Shown: positions 62,149 through 64,000 of the stretch, piece by piece
Numbering within the stretch: the first letter of the stretch is position 1
How the letters are laid out: the number at the start of each line of letters is the position of its first letter
Virus record (IMG/VR): IMGVR_UViG_3300005937_000010
Location: 1-64,000 of that record
DNA length: 64,000 bases
Reading direction: 5' to 3' (one strand)
Source of the DNA: a virus
Lineage: Duplodnaviria; Caudoviricetes
Notes under the pieces: generated by a model
Seen by the model: the letters and a program-made list of their open reading frames with translations, nothing else
Told to the model about the DNA's origin: nothing
Database searches by the model: none
Translations under genes and position numbers: made by a program

Positions 62149-63044
62149 ACTGCCAAGTTCCCTGAGACGGCCCACTCGTCCGTAGCCAGCTTGACAAGGG
62201 TGGCCAGCGCAAACTGACCGATGAACCTCAAGCCGGGGGTATAGCGCAGTGTCACGCCACCCGCAGCGGCAATCGTCGTGTTCCCCGGCCCATACTGCAT
62301 GACGTTGATGATCGTTCCGACCGGGAAGGCTACGCTTCCGTTACTTGGCACCGTGAGCGTGTTGGCACCACCGACGTTCATCCGAACCATGCCACCGGCA
62401 TCTGCGAGTGCCAAGGTGTAGTTGCCGCCCTGGATGCTCACGTTGGACACGCCAGTAAGCCGGATGTCGTTTCCAGCGCATGCGTTGTTGACACCCGTGC
62501 CCAAGGCTCTGAGAGCCTCTGTGGCGGGCGCGGCGCTCACGGAAGGCTTGAGAGTGTTGGAAAGCTCCGCAGCCCCTACAACGCCGTCCTGGATCGTCCT
62601 GGCGTCCACTGCGTCCGTGGCGATCAAGCTGTTCGTGATGATGCTCGCCGTGAGTGGCACCGAAACGGGCTGCCAGTTCGGGGCGGCATCGCTGCCCTTG
62701 TTCCACTCGATCTGATTCGTGGTCGTGTTGAGGATGATGAGGCCGTACGGGCGCGATCCTGCCGCGATGGCGTCTCGCTGCGCCGTCGTAAACGTGCCTG
62801 CGTACAGACCACCAAGCGCACGCAGGATGCCATCGGTGCGCAGCGCCGACGTGAAGCGTGCGTCGAGCGTCCCGTACTTGACAAGCTGGATCGCGCTGTC
62901 ACCAAGACGCACAGTTGCCAAGTCGATGGTCTGTGCGAAGTTGGCTTGATCTGCTTTCATGTCCTGGATCGCGTTCATGTCACCGGCATACAGCCGACCA
63001 TTCGGCGCGATCCCTGTTGCATCGAACGTCTTGTACCGGCTCAT
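62145..63044 (-). CDS. Tail fibre/minor tail protein
   Basis: C-terminal YTLALADAG...TLTVP...FPVGT.I...QYG.G..TI fibre-type domain. Confidence 0.65.
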   Translation of the reverse strand: MSRYKTFDATGIAPNGRLYAGDMNAIQDMKADQANFAQTIDLATVRLGDSAIQLVKYGTLDARFTSALRTDGILRALGGLYAGTFTTAQRDAIAAGSRPYGLIILNTTTNQIEWNKGSDAAPNWQPVSVPLTASIITNSLIATDAVDARTIQDGVVGAAELSNTLKPSVSAAPATEALRALGTGVNNACAGNDIRLTGVSNVSIQGGNYTLALADAGGMVRMNVGGANTLTVPSNGSVAFPVGTIINVMQYGPGNTTIAAAGGVTLRYTPGLRFIGQFALATLVKLATDEWAVSGNLAV

Positions 63045-64000
63045 GCGACTCCGATCCCTTGGTTATAAAGCTCCGTGATCTGCGCTTGTGACAAGGCGTA
63101 GTTCCAGACCCCTACCTCGTCAATCCTTCCATCGAACCACTGGCCACTGCTACCGCCAATCTCCAAAGCCGCCCCGCCTTGTAACAGAGGAAGGTTGCGT
63201 GCTTCGGCCGTCTGTACCAAGCTGCCGTTCACGTATGTTCGTATCTTGTCACCATCGAAGGTGGCTGCGACGAAGTACGTCGTGCCTGTGGAGATGAGCA
63301 CCGGGCTTGTCGCATTGTTGTTGTACGCATCGCTAGTCACTACTTCGACGTAGACACTTCCGGCAGCGAGTGACAAGGCATAGACCCCGCCTTGGATGAG
63401 AATGCGCCGCAAGCCGCTCACCGTGTCAGGCCGAATCCACGCCGCCATCGACACATGATGAGTCGGACTGTTCGGTACCGAGTGTGGCGCAGAGAGGTAG
63501 TCATTGGTGCCGTCGAAGTCGAAGCAGCCGCCGCCTGCTGCCAAGCTGTGGATCAATCCCGGTGTGGCCACGGTCGCTACCCCGCCGTTGACCGTAGCGT
63601 TGTTCCCGTACCCTGACGTGTCATTGCCATCGGCTGCCGCAATGTAGTGGGCCACCGGCTGCGTGTTGCGCATAGCCTTGGCATAGTCGAGTACGTCCGT
63701 CACGCTGTTGTTGATCGTGATGTTGGCAGAAGTCGGCGCAGGCGTGATCCGCTTCAACTCGCGGAGCATCACCGCCACGTCCGGGGTGATCGTGTTGAGG
63801 ATCTGAACCTCGTAGGCGAAGTTGCGTACGTCCTCGTAGACGCGGTAGCTCGACTTGAGCGCGATGGTGTCCGCGTAGAGCGGACGGCCAGCGGAGTCCA
63901 TGGCGATCCCATCCGTGCCGAAGCTCAACGACTCAGCGAACGTGGCGTTGATGTACTGCTCGATCACGCGGTCGCGGCGTGTGCGCGTGAACGGCCCCTT
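63041..64000 (-). CDS. Baseplate wedge/tail protein with C-terminal LamG (ConA-like) domain; N-terminus outside window
   Basis: The frame is open to the window edge. LamG motifs: FDGTNDY, SMAAWIRP, YFVAATFDG...YVNG, FDGRIDEVGVWNYALS. Confidence 0.75.
   Translation of the reverse strand, partial: KGPFTRTRRDRVIEQYINATFAESLSFGTDGIAMDSAGRPLYADTIALKSSYRVYEDVRNFAYEVQILNTITPDVAVMLRELKRITPAPTSANITINNSVTDVLDYAKAMRNTQPVAHYIAAADGNDTSGYGNNATVNGGVATVATPGLIHSLAAGGGCFDFDGTNDYLSAPHSVPNSPTHHVSMAAWIRPDTVSGLRRILIQGGVYALSLAAGSVYVEVVTSDAYNNNATSPVLISTGTTYFVAATFDGDKIRTYVNGSLVQTAEARNLPLLQGGAALEIGGSSGQWFDGRIDEVGVWNYALSQAQITELYNQGIGVA

Overview
The window is most of the genome of a high-GC tailed dsDNA phage with a contractile-type tail. 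The host is probably an actinobacterium (inferred from the amidase, holin and Rpf-like lysis genes and the TTGACA-N16-18-TAnnnT promoters). It looks like a circularly permuted contig: the tape-measure gene runs off the left edge and baseplate/tail genes enter at the right edge. Almost everything is on the minus strand. Read right to left, the modules are: tail-end genes and lysis (57.8-64 kb); DNA replication with DnaB, DnaG, SSB, HU and DnaE (48.9-57.5 kb); recombination/repair with RecA, a Cas4-like nuclease, two resolvases, a TOPRIM protein, an SF2 helicase and HIRAN (36.8-48.9 kb); an early/leading region (25.5-36.8 kb) holding the only convincing plus-strand genes; and packaging, head, neck-fibre and tail genes (0-25.5 kb). 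I found no integrase, tRNA or CRISPR array. Four things stand out. (1) The 7-mer TGNCAAG/CTTGNCA, part of the palindrome CTTG-N-CAAG, is written into the whole genome at about 7 copies per kb (about 35x expectation in a hand-counted sample), and several copies cover the promoter of a linker-histone-like gene. (2) A roughly 7 kb early island is almost free of GATC, TCGA and GGG. (3) Six translationally coupled protamine-like micro-ORFs sit between the portal and scaffold genes. (4) An Hfq/Sm-like gene co-occurs with a recurrent CCCGAA leader motif. All protein calls come from motif recognition by eye; no database search was run.
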